Source of the DNA: Klebsormidium nitens
Lineage: Eukaryota; Plantae; Klebsormidiophyceae
Length of the DNA stretch: 64,000 bases
Assembly: GCA_000708835.1 (NCBI GenBank)
Contig: DF236957.1
Span: 186,001-250,000 of the forward strand
Reading direction: 5' to 3'
Part shown: piece after piece, positions 24,811 to 37,100 of the stretch
How positions within the stretch are numbered: the stretch's first letter is position 1
Layout of the letters: each line of letters starts with the position of its first letter
Position numbers and translations under genes: made by a program
Notes under the pieces: model-generated
What the model saw: only the letters and a program-made list of their open reading frames with translations
Database searches by the model: none
Told to the model about the DNA's origin: nothing

Positions 24811-25932
24811 CCGGGAAAGTTGCTTCACAGGCAGTTCAAGGGGACCCTCTAAGCCGTGTTGATCTTGCGAAGGCGAGATATCTTGCCGTTGTTCGGATTG
24901 CAAATCTAGCGGGGCGCTGTTGTGCACAGGCTTTGGCAAGCCTTGTCTCAGTGTGCGGAGTCCTAACAGTTTTGTCCTTTACCAGAACTGAGAAACGTCG
25001 TCAAGCTTTGTCCTTCAGGGGAAATCTATCATAGTGGCAAACGCTATTAACCTGAATTGTGAGATCGACTTCAAGCCTTCGATTACCAGAGTTGGTTGCT
25101 TTTGATTGTTGAAGCATCTAGGACACCATGCCTACCATCGTGCGCACAATCAGCTGCAAGTCACTCTGCCCTGGCGGCATGCCAACTGGGAATGTTGACC
25201 ACGTACCTAGGACAGGGCCGGGGTTTTGCCAGTCAAGGCTGCCAATTAATCGGTGATCCACGATCATGCCGCCGTGCTTGACGCGTCACATGTGGTAACA
25301 AACATCATTACGTCCTCATATAAGTGTGGCAGCGACCTGGAGCAGGATTATTTATGTCTTTTGGACAGGCTTCAAGATGAGCCGCAAGATAAGCATACAT
25401 TCGGATTTTGCCCCTGACTCTTGCTCTCTCGATCACGCTTCAGTGACACGCGGAAGCCTGTCAGCTCTATGCCATAGGCATATATGATCTGATCATACGT
25501 GGAGTGTCATTAGCTTTGTCACTGACATTCTCTGTCATGCTTACACCGTACACCGGAGCCTGACACTGCAAGCTATGATCGAGTATGTCATAGGCAATAT
25601 ATAAAGTTCTATCATGTATGGCGCGGCGTTCAATTAAATATATGCATGCCAACAGGCCGGGCCCCACTGTACGATGGTTAGTAGCCATGTTTGAAGTTGT
25701 GTATGCAAGGGCGGCCGGTGCATCAACGCTTCCCACGGACACTGGTGTTATAGCAATCCAACAACGATTTTGCAACACGAATTGTTGCAATAGTGCATGA
25801 CTAGATCAATTCAACACAAGCGGTTTTTTGCGAAGTGCATAAGAGGACCGTTCAAACTATGATCGAGCTGTTCTTAGTCAGCTGGACGAATGTAGTATAT
25901 AGGCGAGATCTGTTTCCGGATTCCGACACTAC

Positions 25933-25992
25933 AAGGAGGAGCAATCAATCATTCAAATGGATAAGGAGGAGCAATTGATCAGTCAAATGGAC
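25933..25992. repeat. 30-bp imperfect tandem duplication, intergenic
   Basis: AAGGAGGAGCAATCAATCATTCAAATGGAT followed by AAGGAGGAGCAATTGATCAGTCAAATGGAC. Confidence 0.8.
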
Positions 25993-26604
25993 TCCGACTT
26001 CGCTTTGACAACTTTGAGCATGACCGTTCAGGGGGCTCTGGGAGAATAAAGCGGACTGAGTTCCCGTTAATCAAGCAGATGAGCGCATATTAATGGTTTG
26101 CTCGATATTGCAGTGATTGCCCATCATACACATACTTGCGGTGTTAGAAGCTCTTTTGCATTCTTTTGATTGTCTTTGTCTGCTTCATAACTCTTATGCA
26201 AACGGTCGGAGTAGATGATTTCGCACTGAAGTGCATTGGGTGAGTGTAGCTTCTCTTTCCCTCAGCTTTGCCCTTGATTTGCAAAGGGGTTTCCAAACCT
26301 CGGCTTCAGAAAGCACGACGTTCTGTTTCCACTTGCCGTTACGTAATCCATGTCTCTTGAACTTACACGTTCAAGAGAAACAAAGAAGCATTCTGCTCTA
26401 CACTGACATCGGCGCCATATGATTTCATGGCATTGATGGGCCATCGATCCAAAGAGCTCTTAGATCTTGCTCTCCAAATCTGTTCCTCACCCGCTACACT
26501 GGCATGTGTTTACTGATATGCGGCCAGTCCGTTGAAGTCAAAGTTCGTAGTTGAATCTGTTCTGACAAATCTCATAGTGCTACACATAGCCTCATCCTCT
26601 CGTT

Positions 26605-27912
26605 TCACTGATCCTCTGCACAGAATGCGTCGCACCAGCGCCGAACAGCGGCAGTCTGTCCCAAGGCTCGCTTTCGGGTGTTGAGATCGTCCCAATTGAT
26701 CGAGCCAGACTTGAGCGGAACGATGCGCCTGAACAGGCGCACTGAGCAGAGAGGCCCGCACCCCGTCATCGCCCCCGTTCCTCTGAGTCCTCCGTCTTCC
26801 AAAATGAGTATCTTCTTGATGCACCAACGTTCTTGCTTTAACCCCAATCTGGATTTGCGGAGGAGATCCAAGAAGTCACGCTCGCTGACCACCTCTCCTC
26901 GGCTTATAACAATCTGCTCCACTTCCGGACACTTCTCGAAGAGATCAGCGGGGAGTTGCAGGATGCTCCTGTCGCCAACAAGTTCGGCTGTGTGGTGCGG
27001 GCTCAGATGCACGGAAAGGTGCTTAAGACTGGGGCAATGTGCTGCTACATCATCAAGCAAAGAGTCCAGTGAGCTCCGGCCATAGACGATGTCGAGACGC
27101 AAAGTCTGTAGGTGCGTCAGTTGTGAAAGGCGGACGAATTTGGCAGGAGGCCATTCCGAACCGGTTCTGAAGATTCCCCATTTCAGCCTGAGGGAGCGAA
27201 GGCAGCAGAGGGAATCTGGCAGATACTGGGAAACGTCACGCAGGTCCTGGAAGTCCATGTTGGCAAAATTCAGGCTGGTAAGTCTGTTAGTCGCAGACTC
27301 GAATTTGATCCCGCTGCCTTTGAAACACTGCAGACGGCTTCCGCGGAGAGTCAAGGCCTCTAACCTGGGAAAGGCGCGCAAGAGGTTTTGTATATCAGAG
27401 TCTACATACCCTCCTGAAGAATAGGTACTCAGGTCCAGAGCTAGCTTGCATAACGAGTTTGTTGAGGGCAGCAGGAGCTCAATGAATTTCCTCAAGGATT
27501 GCACGCAAGCACCAGCTGCCTCGACCCTGCTCCACTGAAAGCCTGTGAGACCAGCCCGCCTGAGATCTGTCTCTGCTACTCCTTTCAAAACTATCTTAGA
27601 AAGATTCGGCCGAAGACTCATTTGCTTGATGAGAGCTGAGCATGTCTCTAGTTCTCCTTCAAGCGGCTGGGTCGTCTCTGATTTCAGCCTCCGTCCAGAG
27701 GAACGGAGCACAAGAACTCTAGAGCATCGCCTTGCAGAGTCTAGGAAGGCTTTGTTCACTCGCGATAGCCATTCCAAGCTCCGAGGAATTTCTTCTGCAG
27801 CTTTCTGCACAATGCAATCCAAGAGCTCCGGACAGAGTGTCTCAAAGATGTCGCCTACATTTCCCATCTGAGCTTTTCTGGACTGCTTAGTACGAGCAGG
27901 GGATCCCGCCAT
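26605..27912 (-). CDS. Intronless F-box / leucine-rich-repeat (RNI-like) protein
   Basis: 435-aa ATG-initiated ORF. N-terminal F-box-like segment IFETLCPELLDCIVQK...LSRVNKAF. LxxLxL repeats: LSKIVL, LCKLAL, FPRLEALTL, LTSLNF, LRSLRL, LTHLQTLRL, CPSLKHLSV, CPEVEQIVI. Confidence 0.75.
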   Translation of the reverse strand: MAGSPARTKQSRKAQMGNVGDIFETLCPELLDCIVQKAAEEIPRSLEWLSRVNKAFLDSARRCSRVLVLRSSGRRLKSETTQPLEGELETCSALIKQMSLRPNLSKIVLKGVAETDLRRAGLTGFQWSRVEAAGACVQSLRKFIELLLPSTNSLCKLALDLSTYSSGGYVDSDIQNLLRAFPRLEALTLRGSRLQCFKGSGIKFESATNRLTSLNFANMDFQDLRDVSQYLPDSLCCLRSLRLKWGIFRTGSEWPPAKFVRLSQLTHLQTLRLDIVYGRSSLDSLLDDVAAHCPSLKHLSVHLSPHHTAELVGDRSILQLPADLFEKCPEVEQIVISRGEVVSERDFLDLLRKSRLGLKQERWCIKKILILEDGGLRGTGAMTGCGPLCSVRLFRRIVPLKSGSINWDDLNTRKRALGQTAAVRRWCDAFCAEDQ

Positions 27913-28416
27913 GCTTTAAGGAGCCTGATGCGAAAAGAGAACTGCTCACAATCACATGTCGAACTGCTTGCGCAAGTGGGGAAGCCTCAAGCTTGGTCTT
28001 GCGGCGCAGCTCTTCTTTGGCTCCATTCTGACGTTGTTCAAGTCCCTCATGAGACATGACTCATGAGTGATTGTTGCCTTGTATTGACAGAAACAAGTAT
28101 CTTGATCAAAAATACTCAAAGATCATGCGCAGCGGCTCTGACGTGACGACAACCACGCCGCGGCCGCGCTTGCGCACCGCCCGGTGTGCCGAACCCGCGC
28201 AGCTATGAGTCGCGCGGCCGCGCGCGGGTGGCGGAAAACATCTGAAACCCTGCAGGTTCAAGCCTCCAACCAAAACCCCGCGGCTTTTGTTTGGCGCCGC
28301 GGCACAGACTCAGTCCCTTGAAGACGTAACGCGACTACTCAAACGAAGTGCCTGAAATTTGTCGCATTCACATTTGCGTGGAGCCAAGAGGCAGGCGCTT
28401 TGATTCACCAGCGACG

Positions 28417-29715
28417 ATGTTGTCGTGGCTTGTTTCCGCAGTGTGCTTCGACGTGGCTTGGCTGCGTTTGTTCAGGGCTTCAGCTTCGCATGGAAATCAT
28501 TCTCCCGCCGGCCCTTTGAAGCGGCCGCGACCGCGAAAAGCTCTTCGGCCTGGTGAGAAGCCTGCAAAGCGGCTGCGCATGATAGGGTTTCATGGGGACT
28601 CTGAGTACTATGAAGCAGTCACAGGTCCAGATACCGTGCAGCGATCCGTGACTGAGAAACTCTACAACAAGGGGTTGGTTGCAGTAGGAAAAGGACTCCA
28701 CGCAGACGCTTTCGAATCATTTCGCACTGGAGCTGCTTTGGGTAGCGTCAACTGCATGAATGAGCTCGCCGTTTGTCTTGCGGGAGTGGAAGGATGTCCG
28801 CAGGACTTGATTGCAGCGGTTGCTCTCGTCAGAGGAGTCCAGAAACTTCTCGGCAGCTCGGCAGTCTTCAAGAACCAGCTTGGCGCAGTTATAGCTCGTG
28901 TGTATTACAATCTTCGCGAGAGCGCTCGGCAAAACGAGGAATATGCCAAAGCGGCGGAGTGGCTGCAAAACGCGGCGGACAATGGACATGCTGGCGCGCA
29001 ATACGAGCTAGGACAAACCTTCGAATACGACCAGGAGAACTTGGAGGAAGCTGTTGCTTGGTATGAGAAGGCGGCGGATCAGGGCAATATTGGCGCGCTA
29101 GTCGCCTTAGGATTGTGCTACAAGTTTAGCAAAGGAGTCGAAGAAAACATTGTTGAGGCAGCTGCGCTGTTCAGAAAGGCGGCCGAAGCAGGCAATGACA
29201 CTGCGCAATACCATCTAGGAGAATGCTATGATAAAGGGGAGGGAGTGCCTCAGAACGCGGCGGAGGCGGCCGCGTGGTACGAGAAGGCGGCCGCGCAGGG
29301 GCACGTGGACGCGCAATATAACCTGGCGCTGTGCTATGATAACGGCCGCGGACGGGCCCAGAGCAACGCCAAAGCGGCCGTCTGGTGTAAGAAGGCGGCT
29401 GAGCAAGGCCACGTGACTGCTCAGTACAATCTGGCCATAAGCTATGCGTGCGACATGGGCGTCGCGTTCAACCCCGTCGAGTCCGCCAAGTGGTACCGGA
29501 AAGCGGCGGAACAGGGCCACCGTGAGGCGATGCGTGCTCTGGGCGTGTGTTACGAATTTGGTGACGGCGTTCCCCTAGATGCGAAAGAAGCGCTCGTGTG
29601 GTATGAGAAGGCGGCCGACTTGGGGCATCCAGGGGCGCAAGCCGACGCGGAAGAGCTGAAGAAGGAGAATGAGTGCCTTGAAAGCTGTCTGCTGAAGCTA
29701 GGCTATGATGTGTGA
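28417..29715 (+). CDS. Intronless Sel1-like repeat protein
   Basis: The ORF is open from 28348; first ATG at 28417, alternative at about 28579. It has about 7 Sel1 repeats of the form AxxWYxKAAxQGxxxAQYxLGxCYxxGxGV. Confidence 0.9.
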   Translation: MLSWLVSAVCFDVAWLRLFRASASHGNHSPAGPLKRPRPRKALRPGEKPAKRLRMIGFHGDSEYYEAVTGPDTVQRSVTEKLYNKGLVAVGKGLHADAFESFRTGAALGSVNCMNELAVCLAGVEGCPQDLIAAVALVRGVQKLLGSSAVFKNQLGAVIARVYYNLRESARQNEEYAKAAEWLQNAADNGHAGAQYELGQTFEYDQENLEEAVAWYEKAADQGNIGALVALGLCYKFSKGVEENIVEAAALFRKAAEAGNDTAQYHLGECYDKGEGVPQNAAEAAAWYEKAAAQGHVDAQYNLALCYDNGRGRAQSNAKAAVWCKKAAEQGHVTAQYNLAISYACDMGVAFNPVESAKWYRKAAEQGHREAMRALGVCYEFGDGVPLDAKEALVWYEKAADLGHPGAQADAEELKKENECLESCLLKLGYDV

Positions 29716-31135
29716 CGAATGAGTCAGGGCAGCCCGTCTTTCTGTCCTGCTGGGCACATGAGGTAGTGAAATTTCTCCGACTCACAGAAACGGTACGTCG
29801 TGCGGTTCATTTTATGAGTATCCGGTGAGATTTTTATCATCACCACAGCATTTGAAGAGATTTGTGACAGTTCGTCTGCGCCTTCGTAAGCATCTATCTT
29901 TAGCCGGGATCTTCACGTCGCTCTTGAGGGGGTTGATCTTGCATTATTATAAGCACCAGTTCACTTCTACCTTCGCGCCGGACTCTTGATCTTTAGCCTG
30001 CTCCAGTCCCAATGCGCACAATAGCTTTTGGAGGTCTGGACGGTATAGGCTAAATGGTGGAATCTAGATATGAATGCATTGCGCATGTAAGTTAGCTACG
30101 GTGTCTGCAAGCAAGCCAACACTGTCTTTCAGGTCTTGTACATGGAAGTCTGTGGCGCATACTCGGAATGAGTTCAATTAATGCTTTACAGATTTGTGCC
30201 GCCTCATGCATGACAGGTAACTTGTTTAAGTAAGTAAATACGGTGAGGCGCCATAATTCTGACTGAATGTGCATTTTGTGCCAGTGGTATTTGTCGGGCA
30301 GAAATGGTTTCGTACAAGGCCGGCAGCACTTTTCAATTGAGCGAGCATGCATGGTTAATTTGCAACCATGGTTAAGAGCGCATGGAGCAATCCCAATCTA
30401 CACTGAAGGGCCGTCGATCATGCGAGCAACAGGTTACATCAGCGTCGGCAAAGCACGCATGCAGCTACGGCGCCCACCAGACTGCAATGTTCGCTCATTG
30501 CTTGATTCTAATCGACTGGACGCGTACGTCGAGTCTACATACTCACGATTTGGCAAAGTGGTACCATGCATGGGAAGGCGTTGCCGCAGCGGCGGTATGG
30601 ACATGCACACGTTAACGTAATAATCGATTAAACCGACTCCATGGGTTCCAGATACGTACGTGTCTGCGAAAGTTTGCAATGTGCATGGTGCCAGTACGGG
30701 ATGTACAGCTGCCGCATCTCATGGCTTCGTGATCAAAGTGCACATACTACAGACACCTTGATATGTCCTTAGCGCACCCTGGGGCCAGGATGACGGCAAC
30801 TTCACTTGAAACCTGACAAGAGGCCGGGTCAAGTTGGCGCAGCTGACTCCTGGACAGGCCAGTACAAGCCTGAAAGTACGGTCCTTCGCACATTTTATTT
30901 AAGGCCTGCAAGACGATCAAAATCATCGCGGACCCAGGTCAAAAGAGATGAGCGGCCGCTTGGAGCGGCTCACCGACTCTTTCTCTCATCGACAACAGCA
31001 TATGCGACCTCAACATACGTCACAGGCATGGAAGGATTGCATAAGTAGCTGTACATCGCAATACGCGGTCAGTCGAACAATCAACGTTTACAAACAAATG
31101 CGAGTACCTCGTCCGGCAACCCGCCGTTCTCCACA

Positions 31136-34100
31136 TCAAGAAGCAACCTCTATCTTCGAGAACGCCGAGTGCACCGGCGGCGCGAGGCCCGTGTAGATTT
31201 GCAGCGGGCTCTGTGGGACAAAGATCTTGTCCTTCTTTCGCGTGCAGGCTTGCAGAGTGTCGAGCGTGATGATCCCGTCGGAGAGCGGCAGCAGGTCGCA
31301 CTTGACCGCGGTGGTGGCGTGCGGCGGAACGCGGCTGTTACAGGCGGAACGTGGGTGAGAAGCCGAGAAACGCTCAGCTACGGACATCTGGTGATATATT
31401 ACGCGGCGTTCACAGATAAGCAAGAACCACCGAATTTCGAGAGTAAAGAGAAACTGAAGTTCAAACAACCGCTGCTGATTGAGTCGCGGCAGTAAGAGGC
31501 CGAAATGTGGACTAGGAGCCAAGAACTGCTTCAGTTGGGGACGCCTGCTGACTGAGCTGACTGAAATGATGTCGACACTTTGACAACATCTGGTAGCGAC
31601 AAGACTTGAAGGTATCAAAAACGAACCGTAAAGCAAAGCAGGGCCGGAAAGATTATGAACGATGGCGTCCAAGTTGTTCGCTGGTCAGACAGGTGTAAGG
31701 TCACACGACGAACCTAACTTTATGAGCGTTAATGATCGAAATCAGGTTTGGTGACAAACATACGAGGCCACTCGAAAGAAGCTGTCGAGCCCCCGTCCTC
31801 GACACAGAGGCAGGTTGAGGGATCGACATCGAGGAAAGCAAGACGGCCTTGACAGCTTTAACGGCCTTCCCATCTTTGATGAAAGTCCCAACGCGAGAAT
31901 ACAAAAGGTCGGCCAAGTCCCAAAGGGGCAATATAAGCACCTGGCTGAAATGGTCGCAATTGAACGCTAACCATCTGCGAAGCCAAAACATCGAGGAGGG
32001 TCATAGATACGTTATGGAAAGGTCATCGACATTGGCGACGGCGTTTGCGTGTCACTCACCCCAGTGGCACCACGTTCTGCAGCCACAGGTGCGACCGCTC
32101 TGTTGCGGCGCCCGTGGCGAAGTCCGCTGTTCCGCCGGAACCAGCAGCCCCCACCGGAACGGAGTTCCCGAGCGGCTTCACCTCCAGCTTGAGGTTGTGC
32201 CCCACGATGCTTTCCATGCGGTGGATCGGCGGCAACGAGGCGGTGCGCTCGTACGTCTTCTGCTCGGGCTTGCCGGCCTGATGTGTGAGAAAACCAGTTA
32301 AGAGTTTTGTTTGCTTGGTTAACCCTTTTTCCTTTTAATCCTCGGTTTGGGTCCAGTTCTAGCTTGAGATGGGCGACAACAATTTCCCCAGAATTTCCGG
32401 GCGTGCGTTTAGGAAAAGCAGTAGGGGTCTTCTCAGGTGGTCCGCGCTTTGCTCATGATGGCTCAGTTTGGGTGCCTGGGACGGGTGCCCCGGTCGGATT
32501 CGCCCGGTGTGCTCAAAGACGTGCGCAAGTGCAAAGTAACCGCAGAAACTCGGATTAGTCAGATCAAATTCAGCGTTGCGTTGTCCAAAAACAATACGAA
32601 TTGCGCCTGTCCTTGAATGCATTCTAGTAAGCCGCTCGACTTCCCCCTTAGCTAAAACACAAACTTTAAAAGATCAGAAGCGCCAGCAGTCCAGTCTTTG
32701 TCAAGAACCGCGACTCAAGATTCTGGAAAGGACAGGGATAATCCTTGCTGAGAACCAAGATGCGAATCAGCAAAGTGGAGCCACAAGCAGCAAGAAGGAC
32801 AAGAGAGGACTTCGAAGCAGAGCAGCTTCACTCGCTCCTCCGGCTTCGACAACCGGACATCTGGGATGGATTTGGATGGGGTAGAACAGCTTTTCAAAAC
32901 CCCCAAAACAAAGCTTGATGAAGAACAATCACAATCTCTGACAGATGAAAGCATTGACTTATGAACCGAAGGAACAGGCAGTAACCAGCGGAACTGCACG
33001 AAAACCAAGGTCGAAGCAGCGCAGTCTTACCCGGTCCTCCAATTGCAGCAGCCCAACTTCCGGGATGCCGATCGAGAGCCTTCCCCCTGGCCCGCGCACG
33101 GGGCGGGGGCCGCCTGGTTGTTGTCCCCCGGGCGAGGAGCTGGGCGCCAGGAGCGTCAGCATGAGCTCAGCGGAGGTCAAGTTGGTCGCCCGGATGGTGA
33201 CGGTCCGGGGGACGAACAGCGGAGGCGCCTGCACAGAGTGCAAGAGTGGGTGAGGAAAAGAGATGCATGGAGGCTAGATTTGCAAGGGATACTGACGACG
33301 TCATGAATTACTTCTAAGAGGAGCGATTTGGGGAATGAAGAGCGAAAGCGCCTGAAAGAAGCCACACGCGTTGCTGTAAAACGGACGTAGAGAATGACCA
33401 AAAAGCCATAGGACGGACGGAACAACGACCGCGGAAGCATCGGAAAAGGGAGAGTCAGAGACGTCGCATATAAGAAGATTGAACATGAGAATGAAACCGG
33501 AAATTGTAAACAAGCAACATAATCTGCACAAAGAAGAATCGTGATAAGCAACTCGACGGGTTGACACAACAGCGCTGTCCCGGGACACAATGCGAAACTA
33601 CGTGGTCCTCCGCGCCCAAAGAACGCAGATACACGTGTCAATACTACCGCGCCCAGGATGAAAGTGACGTGTGCCGTGCAACTCACCGTGCTCTGCTTGG
33701 CCGCTGTGAACGGATTCCGCCCCTCTTCCTCCAACGTCACCGACAACAGTAGCTCGCGGGAAGTCTTTGGTTTCCAGGTCAGGCTATGCCGGTACAAGAG
33801 CCTCGACTCTGCAATACGACGACAAAGTCAGCTTATTTGAGTCTGTGGGCGATCATAGAGGATTCATCTCGCGTCCTTTTTCGGAGGGCAAAAGTTGGAG
33901 TCATTGCAGAATAGACGAGAACGAATCATCCGGTTGCCGTGGCTCCTGCGGGAAGAAGTAATCGACGCCTCAATCAGTGTAACCCTGAGAAACTTAACAC
34001 CCGTCGACAGTGTCCTATAACACTATAACACTTATCCGGATCGTCGACTCTCCACGAGCGCTCTCCGTACTTTTAGTCAAAGCCTCCAGATTTTCGGGAT

Positions 34101-37100
34101 AAGGAACTCTGACCCTAAAAAAAGGTCAAGCCATCCACGGCGCAACAAATGATTACTGCTGACACCATTCCTTCCCCACTCCCCTTACCTGTATGGCTGC
34201 ATCTACACGCAACGACCACCGCGTACTCCAGCCCCCCCTCGCTGAACGCACTCTCGGGGGGGGTCCCGCGTCCTCCGGCGGCGGGCCCCCTTTTTGAGAA
34301 CCGGGCATGCTGCTCGACCGTCTGTGCCCTCGTGGAAGGGGTGAGGCGCCCGGTAATTCCTTAACGTTGGAGTCTGATTCTGAGCGGATTAGGTGGGGGT
34401 CTGAACCAGGAGGATGTGGACCGGCGAAAAGGGAAGCGGGCCGCAGGATGAAGGAGTGCTGCTCGCCTGGGCGGAGGGGGAGGTTGGGGAGTGATTGAGC
34501 ATCGCCCACCTGCACATAGGATTAGGTTAAAGTTCATCCAGTGCAGGTTAAGCGGGCCGCAGTATGAGGTTAGGAAACGATTGGGCATAACCCACCTGCA
34601 CATAGGGTTAAATGGTTCAGTTAGTGGAGGTTAAGAAGATGCGACCCGGGGGGAAAGGATGAAGGAGTGCTGCTCGCCGGGGCGGGGGGGATGTTAGGAA
34701 GACGATTGGGCGTCACCCACCTGCACATGGATTAGGTTATGAGTCGGTTAGGGTAGGTTAAGCAAAGATGCAGACAGGGAAGAGGGGCAGTGGGCCGCAG
34801 AGGGAAAAGTGCTGCTCGCCGGGGCGGAGGGGAAGGTTTGGAAGAGATTGGGCGTCGCCTACCTGCACATAGGGTTGAATGGTTTTTTTAGTGGAGGTTA
34901 AGCAAAGATCTGGCCCGGGAAGAAGCGGGGCGCAGGATGAGGTTAAAGATTAATTGGGGCGTTGCCTACCTGCAGATAGGGTAGATGGTTCAGTTAGTGT
35001 GGGTTAAGCAAACATTTGGCGCGGGGAAAAGGGAAGCGGGCCGCAGGATGAAGAAGTGCTGCTCGCCGGGGCGGAGGGGGAGGTTGGGAAGAGATAGGGC
35101 GTCGCCCACCTGCGATGAGCCGACTTTATTGCGGTCGCTGTTTTCGTGCAAAAATTTTCTTGCACGGGAAAGGTGAGCAGAAACACCATATTTTGCACAA
35201 AGGGCTGGCTGCGGTGGCGGAAGATTGTGCGCGACTTAGTCGCCACCCACCTGGAGGTCTTAGGAATCCGGGCTCTCTTATTGGTCCATTTCTGACGAAC
35301 AAAGAACAGGTTTTGTGCAAAGAGACCAGCCATTTGCTTACAGGAACCGGCCCGCTAAGAGAGACTAGCTCGAGAACACAGCGTGCTTCACTCGATGTAA
35401 AGTACTTTCTTTCCCACGAGCAAGCAGAACTCGGAAATCCAAGCGGGAAAATGCTCCTCACCTCGACGCAAGCAACGTGCACCGGCAGCGGCCCGCTCCC
35501 GGGCGCCCCCGAGCGCCACTCCAGGCTGATGGAGTCCACGTACATGGTGACGTCAGCCGTCGGCCCAACCGGCGGCAGGACGTTCTCCACCGACACGCAG
35601 ATGAGCTGCTCCGCGTTGACCTCCGTCCCATATGATTCCACCATAAGCGGGTGGAGTACCTACGGAAAAGTCGGAAAACACGTGTCGTAAGTTGGGTTGT
35701 GCTTTGTGCCATACAATGCCATCATAAGTGTGAACGGATTGACTAAAGTGAGAGGTCAATTCTTCGGAAAAATAGCTAGATGAAGCTGACGTGCAGCTAG
35801 ACAGCTAGACAATCTACTCAACTGCGGAATGGACCGTCAGCAAAGGACGACTTGTTCGATTAGACGCTGAATTGCACATTTTCATGCAAATGAGTTGTCC
35901 GGTGATCGGCTCCTGTCCCAGGAGAGCCAATGGAAGTACCGAGCAGAAAGTGCTTCAGCAAATTTTAATGGCGGATTTGCATGTAACCCGCATGAACAGT
36001 GGATTCTTCACGAGTTGAAGCATTCGTCCATGCACTCAGTTTACCCGTCAGCTTGGATAGGACGTACGGAATTGAGAGACGACACTTGTGAGGGGTAGGG
36101 AGAATGTGGGCATGCCTATCTTGGGGTTCAAGATGTCGCTCGTGCGGTGTTGACACGCTACATCATTGAGCTCTGGCCCATGAAAAGACGAGAATAGATC
36201 ATGCCCAAGATCTGAGTTGATTCGTTGAAAGCAAGACGCAAGGGGTGCACATAGAGCTCTGGCCTATGGGAGAAAGGAGAAAGGAATATGCCCAAGCTCT
36301 GACTCAAGTTGTTGTTTAGAGATGCAAGGGGACAGGGACCAACGAGCACGCCCTACCTGCACGCGCTTTTGCCACCGTTTCCCCGGCACGTGCGGCCCCT
36401 CCAACCCACACTGCGGCGTAAACCGTTGCGGCTCGAGCGGTGCCCCCCTGAAGCTCAGCAGCCCCTCGCTTCCGAGCGCACCCCTTGCGAGATTTCCGGC
36501 CGCGTGCACAGGCCCCTCGCCCGCATTTTCCGGTAGGGGTGCCCCTCCGGCCGCCGCTCTCGCCGCCGCAGCGCCGAAGTTGAACGACATTTGGCGGGGG
36601 GGGGATGCTGGCGGGGTGGGAGATCGAGAGTTCTCGATTGGGAGGAGCCATTGAAGGAGGTCCCGTTTTGGATCGGGGGGGTAGGGCTCTAGTAATTGAG
36701 CCCGGTCGAAAGAGGGGGGGGCGGGAAACTCTGGAGGGGTAAGCGGATTTGCGGTTGAGTTGCCCCGCGAAAGTGGCGCTTGCTTGGGAGACTGCAGAAC
36801 AGCAGAGCAGAAGAATAAAGCCGATATCAATCCAGTATTCGCCTCGGTATTCGATGCTCCCCGACTTCGCAGGTATCAAGTTCTCAAATGTGGCAATAGG
36901 AGTCAGGGCGCAAAAGAGGGCAAGCTTGATTCTGTACCTTCCTGACGTAGATCTGATGCTTAGCTCCTCAGCCCTTTCAAGAAGCACAGAAGACGGCGTT
37001 GTCCAAGTACGCAGGCACGAGCAACGGAAGAAGCGCAACATGCACAACAACTAGGTGCGAAACGGGCTCGAGACGGACCTGCGCAGGGGGTGCGTCAAGC

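Noticed and set aside
34430-35113. CRISPR-like or satellite interpretation of the repeat array
   Set aside because: The units are degenerate copies of the adjacent exon and acceptor, not identical repeats with unique spacers, and the context is eukaryotic with no cas genes.
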